NCBI GenBank assembly: GCA_026389065.1
Contig: JAPLIP010000036.1
Span: 815 to 64,814 of the forward strand
Reading direction: 5' to 3'
Length of the DNA stretch: 64,000 nt
Source: Candidatus Babelota bacterium
GTDB taxonomy: Bacteria; Babelota; Babeliae; Babelales; Chromulinivoraceae
Position numbers and translations under genes: made by a program. Below are positions 26,532 to 34,771 of the stretch, piece after piece. The notes below the pieces were generated by a model. The model was not told where the DNA came from. It searched no databases and was given only the letters and a program-made list of their open reading frames with translations. Position 1 is the stretch's first letter; each line of letters starts with the position of its first letter.

Positions 26532-27665
26532 CTAGCAGCAGCAACCGCCAGATTTTATTTTTTTTGGTTTAATTGGTATCGACTGAATTGGAGCTATTGG
26601 GGTTATTTCTTGGGAAATATCAATGACTGGCGTTGCGCGCTTTGAGTGCTCTTGCGCTATTTGATTAACTGCTGACTGTGCTTGATTAAGGGCTGTGGTC
26701 AGTTGGCCGGACAGTAGGGAGGTGGACAGTGATGGCACTGGTGATGAATTGATTGAAAGGGATGCGGCGCGTGGTTGTTGAGTCTCTGCTAAAATTCGTA
26801 AAGCTTCATAGGTGGAAACAGATGCCTTATTTGCGCTGTCAATGTGTTGACTTTGTAAAATAAAACCTTCTTGGGTTTGCATAGCGAGCCTTCGGTGAGA
26901 TTTGTCGGCTTTGGTTATCTTTTCTAGCAGTGTGTTGAAGATGTGATCTGTTGCTACTTGGTAAGCTTGAAAGTCTTCAGATAGTTTTTCTACTTGCTGA
27001 GCAAAATCTCTATTTTGATTTTCTAGCTTATATCTACAAGAAGCATGCACCATTCTGTTTATTTTGTATGCAATTGCTGATAGTGCGATAAGTGCAGTAG
27101 CGCTTGAAACGCCAGCATATAAAAGTTGCGCAGATCCTATTGCTGCACTTTCCATTCCAGGAATAAATCTTTTTTGTGGCTGAAAAAAATTATGAGCATT
27201 AAGAATTACACCGGATTGTTTGTAGGTTGCATAACAAGCTCCTGCTGCTGCGCTAGATATTAAGGAAATCTCTACGCAATCTAGAAGCCTTAGTTGATTT
27301 AGGGTTGGTTTTTCTTGTTTGATAAATGGGCTAGTTGGATAGTTTTTGTTTTTTACATGAGCTTTAAGTAGTTTTTTTTGGCAGGATGGTGACATTGCCA
27401 TTGTGCAGCTAAGCTCTGATTTGTCTAGTTCGTTATTTAATGAACTAATTGTGAGTTCATTAAGCTCTGGCGAAAGGTCTATTTGAAAAGCTCTTTTGCT
27501 TTCTTCTCTTCGAGGGCTTAAGCAGAAAGGGCTTGGTATAAAATCAGGACTTATATCGCCTTGAGCATAAGCTTTTCTGCCCTCTCTTGAAGAATCGGAG
27601 CCGTTTAAAAAAGCTGCTAGATTAAAGATTGATATAAGGAAAGAGCATAGAATAAGTTTTTTCAT
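26532..27665 (-). CDS. Lineage-specific secreted/membrane protein ending in polybasic-GGCCC
   Basis: Signal peptide 'MKKLILCSFLISIFNLAAF'. Two hydrophobic segments ('ISLISSAAAGACYATY', 'AAIGSAQLLYAGVSSATALIALSAIAY'), a helical/coiled region and a Ser/Pro-rich tail. C-terminus is 'PIKPKKIKSGGCCC' followed by TAG. Confidence 0.6.
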   Translation of the reverse strand: MKKLILCSFLISIFNLAAFLNGSDSSREGRKAYAQGDISPDFIPSPFCLSPRREESKRAFQIDLSPELNELTISSLNNELDKSELSCTMAMSPSCQKKLLKAHVKNKNYPTSPFIKQEKPTLNQLRLLDCVEISLISSAAAGACYATYKQSGVILNAHNFFQPQKRFIPGMESAAIGSAQLLYAGVSSATALIALSAIAYKINRMVHASCRYKLENQNRDFAQQVEKLSEDFQAYQVATDHIFNTLLEKITKADKSHRRLAMQTQEGFILQSQHIDSANKASVSTYEALRILAETQQPRAASLSINSSPVPSLSTSLLSGQLTTALNQAQSAVNQIAQEHSKRATPVIDISQEITPIAPIQSIPIKPKKIKSGGCCC

Positions 27666-27793
27666 AAAATCCCCTATTTTTGATATAATATTGTTCTACC
27701 TATTTCAGGGTAGTTTAAAAAAAATGGTTAGCTAAAAGCAATAATTTTAAGTAACTGCAAAATTGTTTGTCGTTATTTCGTGATTGAGAGCAT

Positions 27794-28204
27794 ATGAACA
27801 ACATGAATCAAGATTTGTACAAACAAGACTTAATTGATCACTCTAAAAACCCTAGAAATTACGGTATTTTAGATGGAGCAGATTTTTTTTCAGATGAACA
27901 CAACCCCTCCTGTGGCGACAGTGTTAAAATCTGTGGAATTATTGAAAATGGTAAAATAGTAGAAATGAGATTTGAGGGATCTGGATGCGTTTTAAGCATG
28001 GCCATGGCTTCAAAGCTTACAGAATTTGTCGTTGGAATGGATTTGCATGAAGTAGCGAAGCTCGATGAAGAGCTTGTTGAAAAATTGCTTGGAACAAGGC
28101 TTGGCTTAAATCGATTACGATGCGGACTTTTGTCTGTCATGGCTCTGACCAAGGGAGCAAGTCAATACTTGGAAAAAAATAGGTCTAGTGCTTCAGCTCT
28201 TTAA
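27794..28204 (+). CDS. sufU: SufU-type Fe-S cluster assembly scaffold/sulfur acceptor (solitary)
   Basis: 'LYKQDLIDHSKNPRNYG', 'HNPSCGDSVKI', 'GSGCVLSMAMASKLTE', 'RLRCGLLSVMAL': three conserved Cys in SufU-like context. Confidence 0.75.
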   Translation: MNNMNQDLYKQDLIDHSKNPRNYGILDGADFFSDEHNPSCGDSVKICGIIENGKIVEMRFEGSGCVLSMAMASKLTEFVVGMDLHEVAKLDEELVEKLLGTRLGLNRLRCGLLSVMALTKGASQYLEKNRSSASAL

Positions 28205-28341
28205 CTCTTAAAAAAAGCCCTTGTTTAGGCTCAAAATTTGAAAATTTAGATAAAATCTGATATCTTTACAAAGACTTAATAATCTTATTTTTAATAACAT
28301 TTTGCAATTTTTAGGAAGATAAAAATTGTGTCGAAAAAAAT

Positions 28342-30210
28342 ATGTCAAAAGAGCGTATAAAACCAATTCAGTTTGCGAAAGCCTACATTGTTCCTTCATC
28401 GGACGATATGGTTCTTTCTGCAGAGCAAAAACAGTCAATGATCGACCTGTTTGAAAGTGAAGTTAGTAAATATAATTCTGGTCAATTGGTAACCGGAAAA
28501 ATTATATTAATTGATTCAAACGGTGTGCTTGTTGATATCAAATACAAATCAAACGGTATCATTCCTTTGTATGAATTTTCAGAACAAGAAATGAGAGAAA
28601 TTGCTGTTGGCAAAGATCTCGAAGTTATCATCGACGAACTTGAAAACGTTAATGGTGATGTTGTTCTTTCTTATGAAAATGCAAAAACAGTTCGCGCTTG
28701 GGATAGAATTACCAAGTTGTTCGAAGAAGGAAAACCGGTTGAGGGTGTGGTCACTCACAAAGTTAAAGGTGGACTTAGTGTTGATGTTGGCGTTCCGGCG
28801 TTCTTGCCTGGATCACAAGTTGACTTATACCGCGTTACTGATTTTGACAATTTTGTTGGTAAAACAATTATTGCTGAGATCGTTAAACTTAACAAAAAAC
28901 GTGGCAACATTATCATCTCATGCAGAAAATACCTTTCTGAGTGTCGTGATAAATCTCGTAAACAAATTCTTGATACTATCGAAGTTGATAAAGTTATCAT
29001 GGGTACTGTGAAAAATATCACAAACTATGGTGTATTTATTGATGTTGGTGGAGTTGATGGATTGTTGCACATTACTGATATGACATGGGGCAGAATTTCT
29101 CATCCAAGTGAATTGGTGAAAATTGGCGAAAATGTTACGGTAAAAGTTCTTTCTATTGATAAAGATAACAGCAAAATTTCTCTAGGAATGAAACAACTTG
29201 GCGACAACCCTTGGCAAGATATTGACAAGATGATTCAAGTTGGCTCAATCATCAAAGGACACGTTGCAAGCATTGCTGATTACGGTCTATTTGTTGAAAT
29301 TCGCAGAGGCGTTGAAGGATTGGTACACATTTCAGAAATTTCATGGACTGATCGTATTTCAAACTTGAAAGACAGATTTAAAGTTGGTGAAGAAATTGAA
29401 GTGCTTGTAGCATCTTTAGATATTGAAAACAGAAGAATGTCTTTGAGTATCAAACAGTTGTCAAAAGATCCTTGGACAACAATCAAAGAAAATTACAAAA
29501 AAGAAGATCGCATTAAAGGTAAAATTACCAATATTGCTGATTTCGGTATTTTTGTTCAAATTATTCCAGGCGTTGACGGATTGGTTCACGTTTCAGATTT
29601 ATCATGGACTGAGCATATTGCACATCCAAGTGATCTATATAAACAAGGCCAAGAAGTTGAAGCGGTCATCCTTTCAGTTGATGAAGATCACAAAAAAGTT
29701 GCTCTTGGTATCAAACAACTTTCACTTGATCCTTGGAAATCAATTGAAAAAGATATGCCTATTGGATCAAGAGTTATGGGCACAGTAACCAAAATTGGTA
29801 ACTACGGTGCATTTGTCAAACTTTCAAATAAAGTTGAAGGATTGATCTATAATTCTGATTTAGAGCAACGCAAAGAAAGCCCTGTTGAAGTTGGTCAAAC
29901 TTATGAGCTTCGTGTTGTTAACATCAACGCTGGTGAGCGTAAGATTGGTTTAAGCTTGAAGCTTGAAGAAACAAAAGAAGAGCAACAGCATCATCAAGCA
30001 CCTGCTCCAAAACAACAGCAACAACAGCAACAACAGCCTAAGAAAAAAGCGCCAAAAGTAGAAGAAGACGACTATGTCGATCAAAAAGCTTCTATGGCGC
30101 CTCGTATGAAATCTTCGTTGCAAATCGAGCTTGAAAAGCATGCAGCTCGTCAACAAGATGAATCATACGGTGAAGAAAAAGAAAACAAAAAGAAAAAATC
30201 AAGAAAATAA
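28342..30210 (+). CDS. rpsA: 30S ribosomal protein S1 with a low-complexity Q/K/E-rich C-terminal extension
   Basis: Six S1 repeats (e.g. 'GTVKNITNYGVFIDVGGVDGLLHITDMTW', 'GHVASIADYGLFVEI..VEGLVHISEISW'). Tail is 'QQHHQAPAPKQQQQQQQQPKKKAPK...KENKKKKSRK'. Confidence 0.93.
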   Translation: MSKERIKPIQFAKAYIVPSSDDMVLSAEQKQSMIDLFESEVSKYNSGQLVTGKIILIDSNGVLVDIKYKSNGIIPLYEFSEQEMREIAVGKDLEVIIDELENVNGDVVLSYENAKTVRAWDRITKLFEEGKPVEGVVTHKVKGGLSVDVGVPAFLPGSQVDLYRVTDFDNFVGKTIIAEIVKLNKKRGNIIISCRKYLSECRDKSRKQILDTIEVDKVIMGTVKNITNYGVFIDVGGVDGLLHITDMTWGRISHPSELVKIGENVTVKVLSIDKDNSKISLGMKQLGDNPWQDIDKMIQVGSIIKGHVASIADYGLFVEIRRGVEGLVHISEISWTDRISNLKDRFKVGEEIEVLVASLDIENRRMSLSIKQLSKDPWTTIKENYKKEDRIKGKITNIADFGIFVQIIPGVDGLVHVSDLSWTEHIAHPSDLYKQGQEVEAVILSVDEDHKKVALGIKQLSLDPWKSIEKDMPIGSRVMGTVTKIGNYGAFVKLSNKVEGLIYNSDLEQRKESPVEVGQTYELRVVNINAGERKIGLSLKLEETKEEQQHHQAPAPKQQQQQQQQPKKKAPKVEEDDYVDQKASMAPRMKSSLQIELEKHAARQQDESYGEEKENKKKKSRK

Positions 30211-30227
30211 TCGAAGCGAGTTAAAAC

Positions 30228-30635
30228 ATGGAACAAACATTTGCGATTATTAAGCCTCATGCGGTTGCAGAAAACAATAGCGGTAAAATCATTGATATGA
30301 TTGAAGCGGCTGGTTTTAAAATTGTGCGTCTTGATAAAATTACAATGACTAAAGCGCAAGCTGATGACTTGTATGTTGAGCACAAAGAAAGATCTTTTTA
30401 CAACGGTATGGTAGCAACAATGACATCATCTCCAGTGATTGTTATGAAACTACAAAAAGACGGCGCTGTTTTAGCATGGCGTGATTTGATGGGTGCAACA
30501 AACCCAGCAAGCGCACAGGCTGGCACAGTTCGTGCTTTGTTTGGCAAAAGCTTAGATGAAAATGCAGCTCACGGTTCAGACTCTTTAACGAGTGCTGCAC
30601 GTGAACTGAAAATATTTTTTGGTGGTTGCTGTTAG
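30228..30635 (+). CDS. ndk: Nucleoside-diphosphate kinase ending in GGCC
   Basis: 'EQTFAIIKPHAV', 'YVEHKERSFY', 'GATNP', 'NAAHGSDS' (catalytic His). C-terminus is 'RELKIFFGGCC' followed by TAG. Confidence 0.93.
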   Translation: MEQTFAIIKPHAVAENNSGKIIDMIEAAGFKIVRLDKITMTKAQADDLYVEHKERSFYNGMVATMTSSPVIVMKLQKDGAVLAWRDLMGATNPASAQAGTVRALFGKSLDENAAHGSDSLTSAARELKIFFGGCC

Positions 30636-30662
30636 GCAATTACTTATAAAGTGATTTCAAAG

Positions 30663-30695
30663 AAAAGGGTGCTATCTTAGCACCCTTTTCTTTTT
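30663..30695. terminator. Rho-independent terminator after ndk
   Basis: aaaa-gggtgcta-tct-tagcaccc-ttttcttttt. Confidence 0.75.
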
Positions 30696-30781
30696 GATCT
30701 TAAATTTAAAATTATATTGTTTGAGTCTACTTTGGAAAGTTTTTTAAAGTAGAGATGTAGTATAACTTTTAAAAAAAATTA

Positions 30782-31603
30782 CTAAAAATTCCAGATTTCG
30801 TCCTGCCCATCTAGGTGAGATTTGATTTCAAATCCGCCTTCTTTTTTCAAGAACCAGAAGTTGCAAGCACCATAAACCGTTAGATTATTTTCTTGCGCAA
30901 ACTCTACCACAGCTTCTCTAACAGTTGTCAGTAGCCAGTCGTCTCCACAAACAATGCCGTGCTCGCCAGCAAGAGGGAAATACAAATACATATCCATTAA
31001 TACGCCTTCTGTTTCATGATCACCATCGATATAAATTAAGTCAAAATACTTAATGTTTTTTGTGATCGTTGAAACTGCATCTTGTGATTTTTGTTTTATT
31101 GGTGTGATTTTATTTTCTAGTCCGCTTGAAACAATATTGCTTAAAAACTGTTCATACATTCCTGCGAAATATGCCCAATCGTCAATGGCAAATAGATTTC
31201 CATTTTCTGGAAGAAGTGATCCAATGTGTCGTGTTGAAACACCAAAATAGGATCCAATTTCTACGACGTTAACGATGTCATTGTGCTCAAAAAGTTTGTG
31301 CATAAACGCAGCATTAAAATACATACCAAACGGATTGAAAGGAAGAACTTTTTTTAGTGTTGAGTATGGATGTGGAAGCGTTTGAATTTCTGATAAAGAT
31401 AGCGGCATGGCTGTGATGTTTTCAATATGTTTTTTGTAGTATGGAAAATATTTAATGTAATCTTCTTTTACGAAACGCTCTTTACCCCAGCTTGTTTCAT
31501 ATGAGACATTTGCGTCATTTCCATTGTATCCAATGTTATATGTATTGATTATGCTTGGAAGTGTAGATATTGATAGCATTATAAATAGGCTGCGACTTGT
31601 CAT
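30782..31603 (-). CDS. Class I SAM-dependent methyltransferase (Methyltransf_24/CmcI-like) with N-terminal signal/anchor
   Basis: 'VVEIGSYFGVSTRHIG' (SAM-binding G-x-G region), 'LFAIDDW', 'DLIYIDGDHETEGVLMD', 'GIVCGDDW'. Confidence 0.6.
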   Translation of the reverse strand: MTSRSLFIMLSISTLPSIINTYNIGYNGNDANVSYETSWGKERFVKEDYIKYFPYYKKHIENITAMPLSLSEIQTLPHPYSTLKKVLPFNPFGMYFNAAFMHKLFEHNDIVNVVEIGSYFGVSTRHIGSLLPENGNLFAIDDWAYFAGMYEQFLSNIVSSGLENKITPIKQKSQDAVSTITKNIKYFDLIYIDGDHETEGVLMDMYLYFPLAGEHGIVCGDDWLLTTVREAVVEFAQENNLTVYGACNFWFLKKEGGFEIKSHLDGQDEIWNF

Positions 31604-31724
31604 TTAATTCCTTGTTTTGTGATAATAATAATGAAGATAACAGCAAAAGAACAAAAAAGTGTCAAGGTTTTTGCCAAGATATTTGGCATTGTTTTTTAAT
31701 AAAATATTGATATTAAAGGTTTCT

Positions 31725-32564
31725 ATGTTTCGATTTAGCTTGCTTGTTACGATGTTTGCTCTGTTTTCTTTGAACACCTCCTCTACTTTGTATACAAAGT
31801 CAGCCTGTATTATTATTCATGGAACTTGGGCAAAGGATGAATCTTGGTACAAGCCACATGGAGACTTTTTTAAATCGGTTCAAAGTTGCAATTTTGAGTT
31901 GGGACTTGTTGATGAAATAGTTTCATTTTCGTGGTCTGGAAAATTAGGGTACCTTGCCCAAGTTGAGGCGGCTCAAGAATTAGCAAAAAAAATCGAAGTT
32001 TATGATTTTGTAATTTTGATAGGACATAGTCACGGCGTTACAGTTGGAATCCTTGCCTCAAAAATTATAGCTCAAAGTATTTCAAGGAGGATTAATTTCT
32101 TTAAAGTCGCTAAATTTTACGCACTGGGGTGTCCTGTTGACATGACAAGAGAAATCTATCCCGATATGTCAGTTGTTGGTAAGTTTTACAACTTATTTTC
32201 GTTTGGAGACTATGTTCAGCCAATTAATCTTTCTTGCGATCGTTGCTTTGCTCAAAGTGATCGAATTGTGAACATTTCGGTTATGTTTCAAAAAGAGCAT
32301 CCAAATCATAGCCAGCTACATCACCCTTCGATTGCAAAAAATATTTTAAAAATAGAAGAGTATTTTTCTAATAAAAAATTACAAAATTTTGAAAAATTTA
32401 CCTTTAATTTTCCAGGGATGATATCTTTTTTTGATCATGAGTTACCTGTTTATGAAATTCAACATGATCAAAAAAGGTTGCTTGATTTAGATAAAAAAGT
32501 TCATTGGTTGGCAACCATGGCCTTTTTCAGGACGCAAAAAACAGACAAAGGTGGTGAGCTTTAG
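31725..32564 (+). CDS. Secreted alpha/beta-hydrolase, lipase/esterase-like (paralog A)
   Basis: Signal peptide 'MFRFSLLVTMFALFSL'. 'CIIIHGTW' oxyanion-like strand, nucleophile elbow 'LIGHSHGV' (GxSxG), candidate Asp 'SFGDYVQ' and candidate His 'HPNHSQLHH'. Confidence 0.5.
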   Translation: MFRFSLLVTMFALFSLNTSSTLYTKSACIIIHGTWAKDESWYKPHGDFFKSVQSCNFELGLVDEIVSFSWSGKLGYLAQVEAAQELAKKIEVYDFVILIGHSHGVTVGILASKIIAQSISRRINFFKVAKFYALGCPVDMTREIYPDMSVVGKFYNLFSFGDYVQPINLSCDRCFAQSDRIVNISVMFQKEHPNHSQLHHPSIAKNILKIEEYFSNKKLQNFEKFTFNFPGMISFFDHELPVYEIQHDQKRLLDLDKKVHWLATMAFFRTQKTDKGGEL

Positions 32565-32757
32565 CTTTATTGGCTAATTGATCTAGAAGGCCTGTTGCTT
32601 TGTATACATTGATTACTGGTTTTACAATGGATATTTGGTTTTTATTGTATTTCTTGTATTTATATGATTTTGAAAAATATAAAAAATATTGATTTACAAA
32701 AATGAGCATGTTAGTGAATTTAGAGGATATGAAATCATTTTATAAAAAGGAGAGTCT

Positions 32758-33588
32758 GTGAAAATTATTTCAGTAATGAATCAAAAGGGTGGCGTTGGAA
32801 AAACAACCACATCTGTAAATTTAGCAGCTGGCCTTGTGCGCGCTGGCAAGCAAGTTTTACTTATTGATGCAGATTTGCAGGGTAACGCAACATCGGCACT
32901 TGGTGTAGTTTGTAAGCAAAAAAATGATGTTGAGTGTGATCTGTTTGCGCTTTTAACAAACCAATGTAATATACAAGACGCGCTAATTTCTAGAGAAATA
33001 AAAAACAAAAATAAAAAAATGACTCTTGATCTTATCCCTGCAACTATTGCACTTTCTGGATTTGATCAGCTTGTTCGTGCTATTCCAAATAAACAGCTTC
33101 TTTTAAAACAAATGCTCCAAGATGTTGATGCGTATTATGATTATGTTTTAATCGATTGCCCGCCAAGCCTTGGCCTCATGACTATAAACGCTCTTGTGGC
33201 AAGTGATGAAGTTTTGATCCCTGTTCAGCCAGAATTTTTTGGGCTGCAAGGAGTTTCTCAGCTTATGGACACTATCGACAGCTTGCAAAAAAGTATGAAT
33301 CCACAGCTTGCAATTTGTGGAGTAGTTTGCACTCGATTCAATCGTAGAAATATTCATAATGAAGTACTTTCGTGCTTGCAAGATAAGTTTGAAAAAGGTT
33401 TATTTGCTACTAAAATTCATGAAAACATTGCTGTTGCCGAAGCCCCAAGCTTTGGAAAAACTATCTTTGAATACAATGAAAACTGTTCAGGAAGCTATGA
33501 CTATGATTTGCTGAGCAAAGAGTTTATTAATCGAGATATTAAAAATATGGCAATGCCTGTAATTAAAGAAAAAATGCTTGAAAGATAA
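32758..33588 (+). CDS. parA: ParA/Soj-type partition ATPase (GTG start)
   Basis: Deviant Walker A 'NQKGGVGKTTTSVNLA', 'LLIDADLQGNAT', 'YVLIDCPPSLG', 'VAEAPSFGKTIFEY'. Confidence 0.9.
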   Translation: MKIISVMNQKGGVGKTTTSVNLAAGLVRAGKQVLLIDADLQGNATSALGVVCKQKNDVECDLFALLTNQCNIQDALISREIKNKNKKMTLDLIPATIALSGFDQLVRAIPNKQLLLKQMLQDVDAYYDYVLIDCPPSLGLMTINALVASDEVLIPVQPEFFGLQGVSQLMDTIDSLQKSMNPQLAICGVVCTRFNRRNIHNEVLSCLQDKFEKGLFATKIHENIAVAEAPSFGKTIFEYNENCSGSYDYDLLSKEFINRDIKNMAMPVIKEKMLER

Positions 33589-33597
33589 GGGATCGTC

Positions 33598-33897
33598 ATG
33601 AAAAAAAGATTGGGCACAATTCCAAAAGGCCTTGAGTGGATTTCTGAGCAGCCAGATGGAAAAGCTAAGACTATGCCACTGTTTAAAAATAGTTTCGATT
33701 ATGCTATTCCTGCTGCAAAAAGAGGGCTACAGGAAGATTTAATTCGCGCAACGTTTATACTTAAACAGGAGTATCTTGAGAAAATTAAATCGCATGCCTA
33801 CTGGGAGCGCTTACAAATAAAAGATGTATTTGATGAAATGTGCGAGCAGTTTTTTAAAGATAAAAAAGTTAGATCTATTCCAGAAAAACGAAAATAA
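33598..33897 (+). CDS. Small ParA-adjacent protein (99 aa), candidate minimal centromere-binding partner
   Basis: Starts 10 nt after the parA stop. N-terminal 'KKRLGTIPKGLEWI' loosely resembles the ParB N-terminal K/R-rich 'GLGRGL' peptide. 'RATFILKQEYLEKIKSHAYWERLQIKDVFDEMCEQFF' looks like a ribbon-helix-helix / ParG-like module. Confidence 0.4.
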   Translation: MKKRLGTIPKGLEWISEQPDGKAKTMPLFKNSFDYAIPAAKRGLQEDLIRATFILKQEYLEKIKSHAYWERLQIKDVFDEMCEQFFKDKKVRSIPEKRK

Positions 33898-33939
33898 AAT
33901 TAGCATGAATCTTTTTTAGATTTTTTGAGTTAAAATACT

Positions 33940-33977
33940 AAAGAGGCATGAGTCAGATAGACTCATGCCTCTTTTTG
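33940..33977 (+). terminator. Rho-independent terminator after the parA operon
   Basis: 12-bp perfect stem agaggcatgagt (33942-33953) / actcatgcctct (33961-33972) followed by tttt. Confidence 0.8.
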
Positions 33978-34017
33978 TTAAAGCTGATCAGGTCTTTATT
34001 TTGATTGAAAATAAAGA

Positions 34018-34221
34018 TTATTTTTTTGAATCAGAAAGATATGTAAAACGAAGCCATATCCATACTGGAATTAAATAATACAGCGGATTTAAATTTAGCC
34101 AAAAAGAATACCAACCTATTTGAGCATTTCTTATTGTTGGACAATTCCAAAGAAACAATACAAATGCACTAATAGCCAAAAATGCAACAAGGGTAGATGT
34201 TTTTTCAGAGTAGTTATTCAT
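34018..34221 (-). CDS. Possible small two-TM membrane protein translationally coupled to nusB (8-nt overlap)
   Basis: ATG 34221 lies inside the nusB stop region (GACTATGAATAA). 'TSTLVAFLAISAFVLFLW' and 'LYYLIPVWIWLRF' are hydrophobic. No homology recognised. Confidence 0.3.
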   Translation of the reverse strand: MNNYSEKTSTLVAFLAISAFVLFLWNCPTIRNAQIGWYSFWLNLNPLYYLIPVWIWLRFTYLSDSKK

Positions 34222-34771
34222 AGTCGGCTTCATCGTCTTCATCATCTTCAGGTTGTGGCTCTTCAGGTTCAATTACAGCGTGCTTACTTTTGTATTGTTT
34301 AGAAATTTTATCTAGAATTCCATTTACAAATTTATAAGCATCTTTTTCAGAAAAGCATTTTGCAAGCTCAATTGCTTCATTTAGAATAATGTTGTGCGAG
34401 GTCTGCGTATATAAAATTTCCCAAATTGCATAGCGCAAAACAAGAAGAGTGCATTTTCCGATACGTTCAAATTTCCAGTTTTCTAAAAATGGAATAAGCG
34501 TATTGTCTAGCTCTTGTTTGTGCTGAGTAATTCCAACAACGGTATTTACAATATCCCCATTTAATGGAATATCCGTTTCGTATTCGCTATTTAATTTTTC
34601 AGCAACGCTACTAGCCGAAACTTCATAATCTAATGCATCAACTGCATATAAAATATGAAACACGAGCGATCTAACTTTGCGCCTAGACTGAATAACTTGA
34701 TCAAGTGTTTCACAAGCATTTTCTGGCTGAGGTATAGGATTTTCTATAGGTGCGGGCTTATCATTTTCCAT
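34214..34771 (-). CDS. nusB: Transcription antitermination factor NusB with N-terminal Pro-rich and C-terminal acidic extensions
   Basis: 'RRKVRSLVFHILYAVD', 'RIGKCTLLVLRYAIWEIL', 'LNEAIELAKCFSEKDAYKFVNGILD'. Tail is 'EPEEPQPEDDEDDEADYE'. Confidence 0.85.
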   Translation of the reverse strand: MENDKPAPIENPIPQPENACETLDQVIQSRRKVRSLVFHILYAVDALDYEVSASSVAEKLNSEYETDIPLNGDIVNTVVGITQHKQELDNTLIPFLENWKFERIGKCTLLVLRYAIWEILYTQTSHNIILNEAIELAKCFSEKDAYKFVNGILDKISKQYKSKHAVIEPEEPQPEDDEDDEADYE

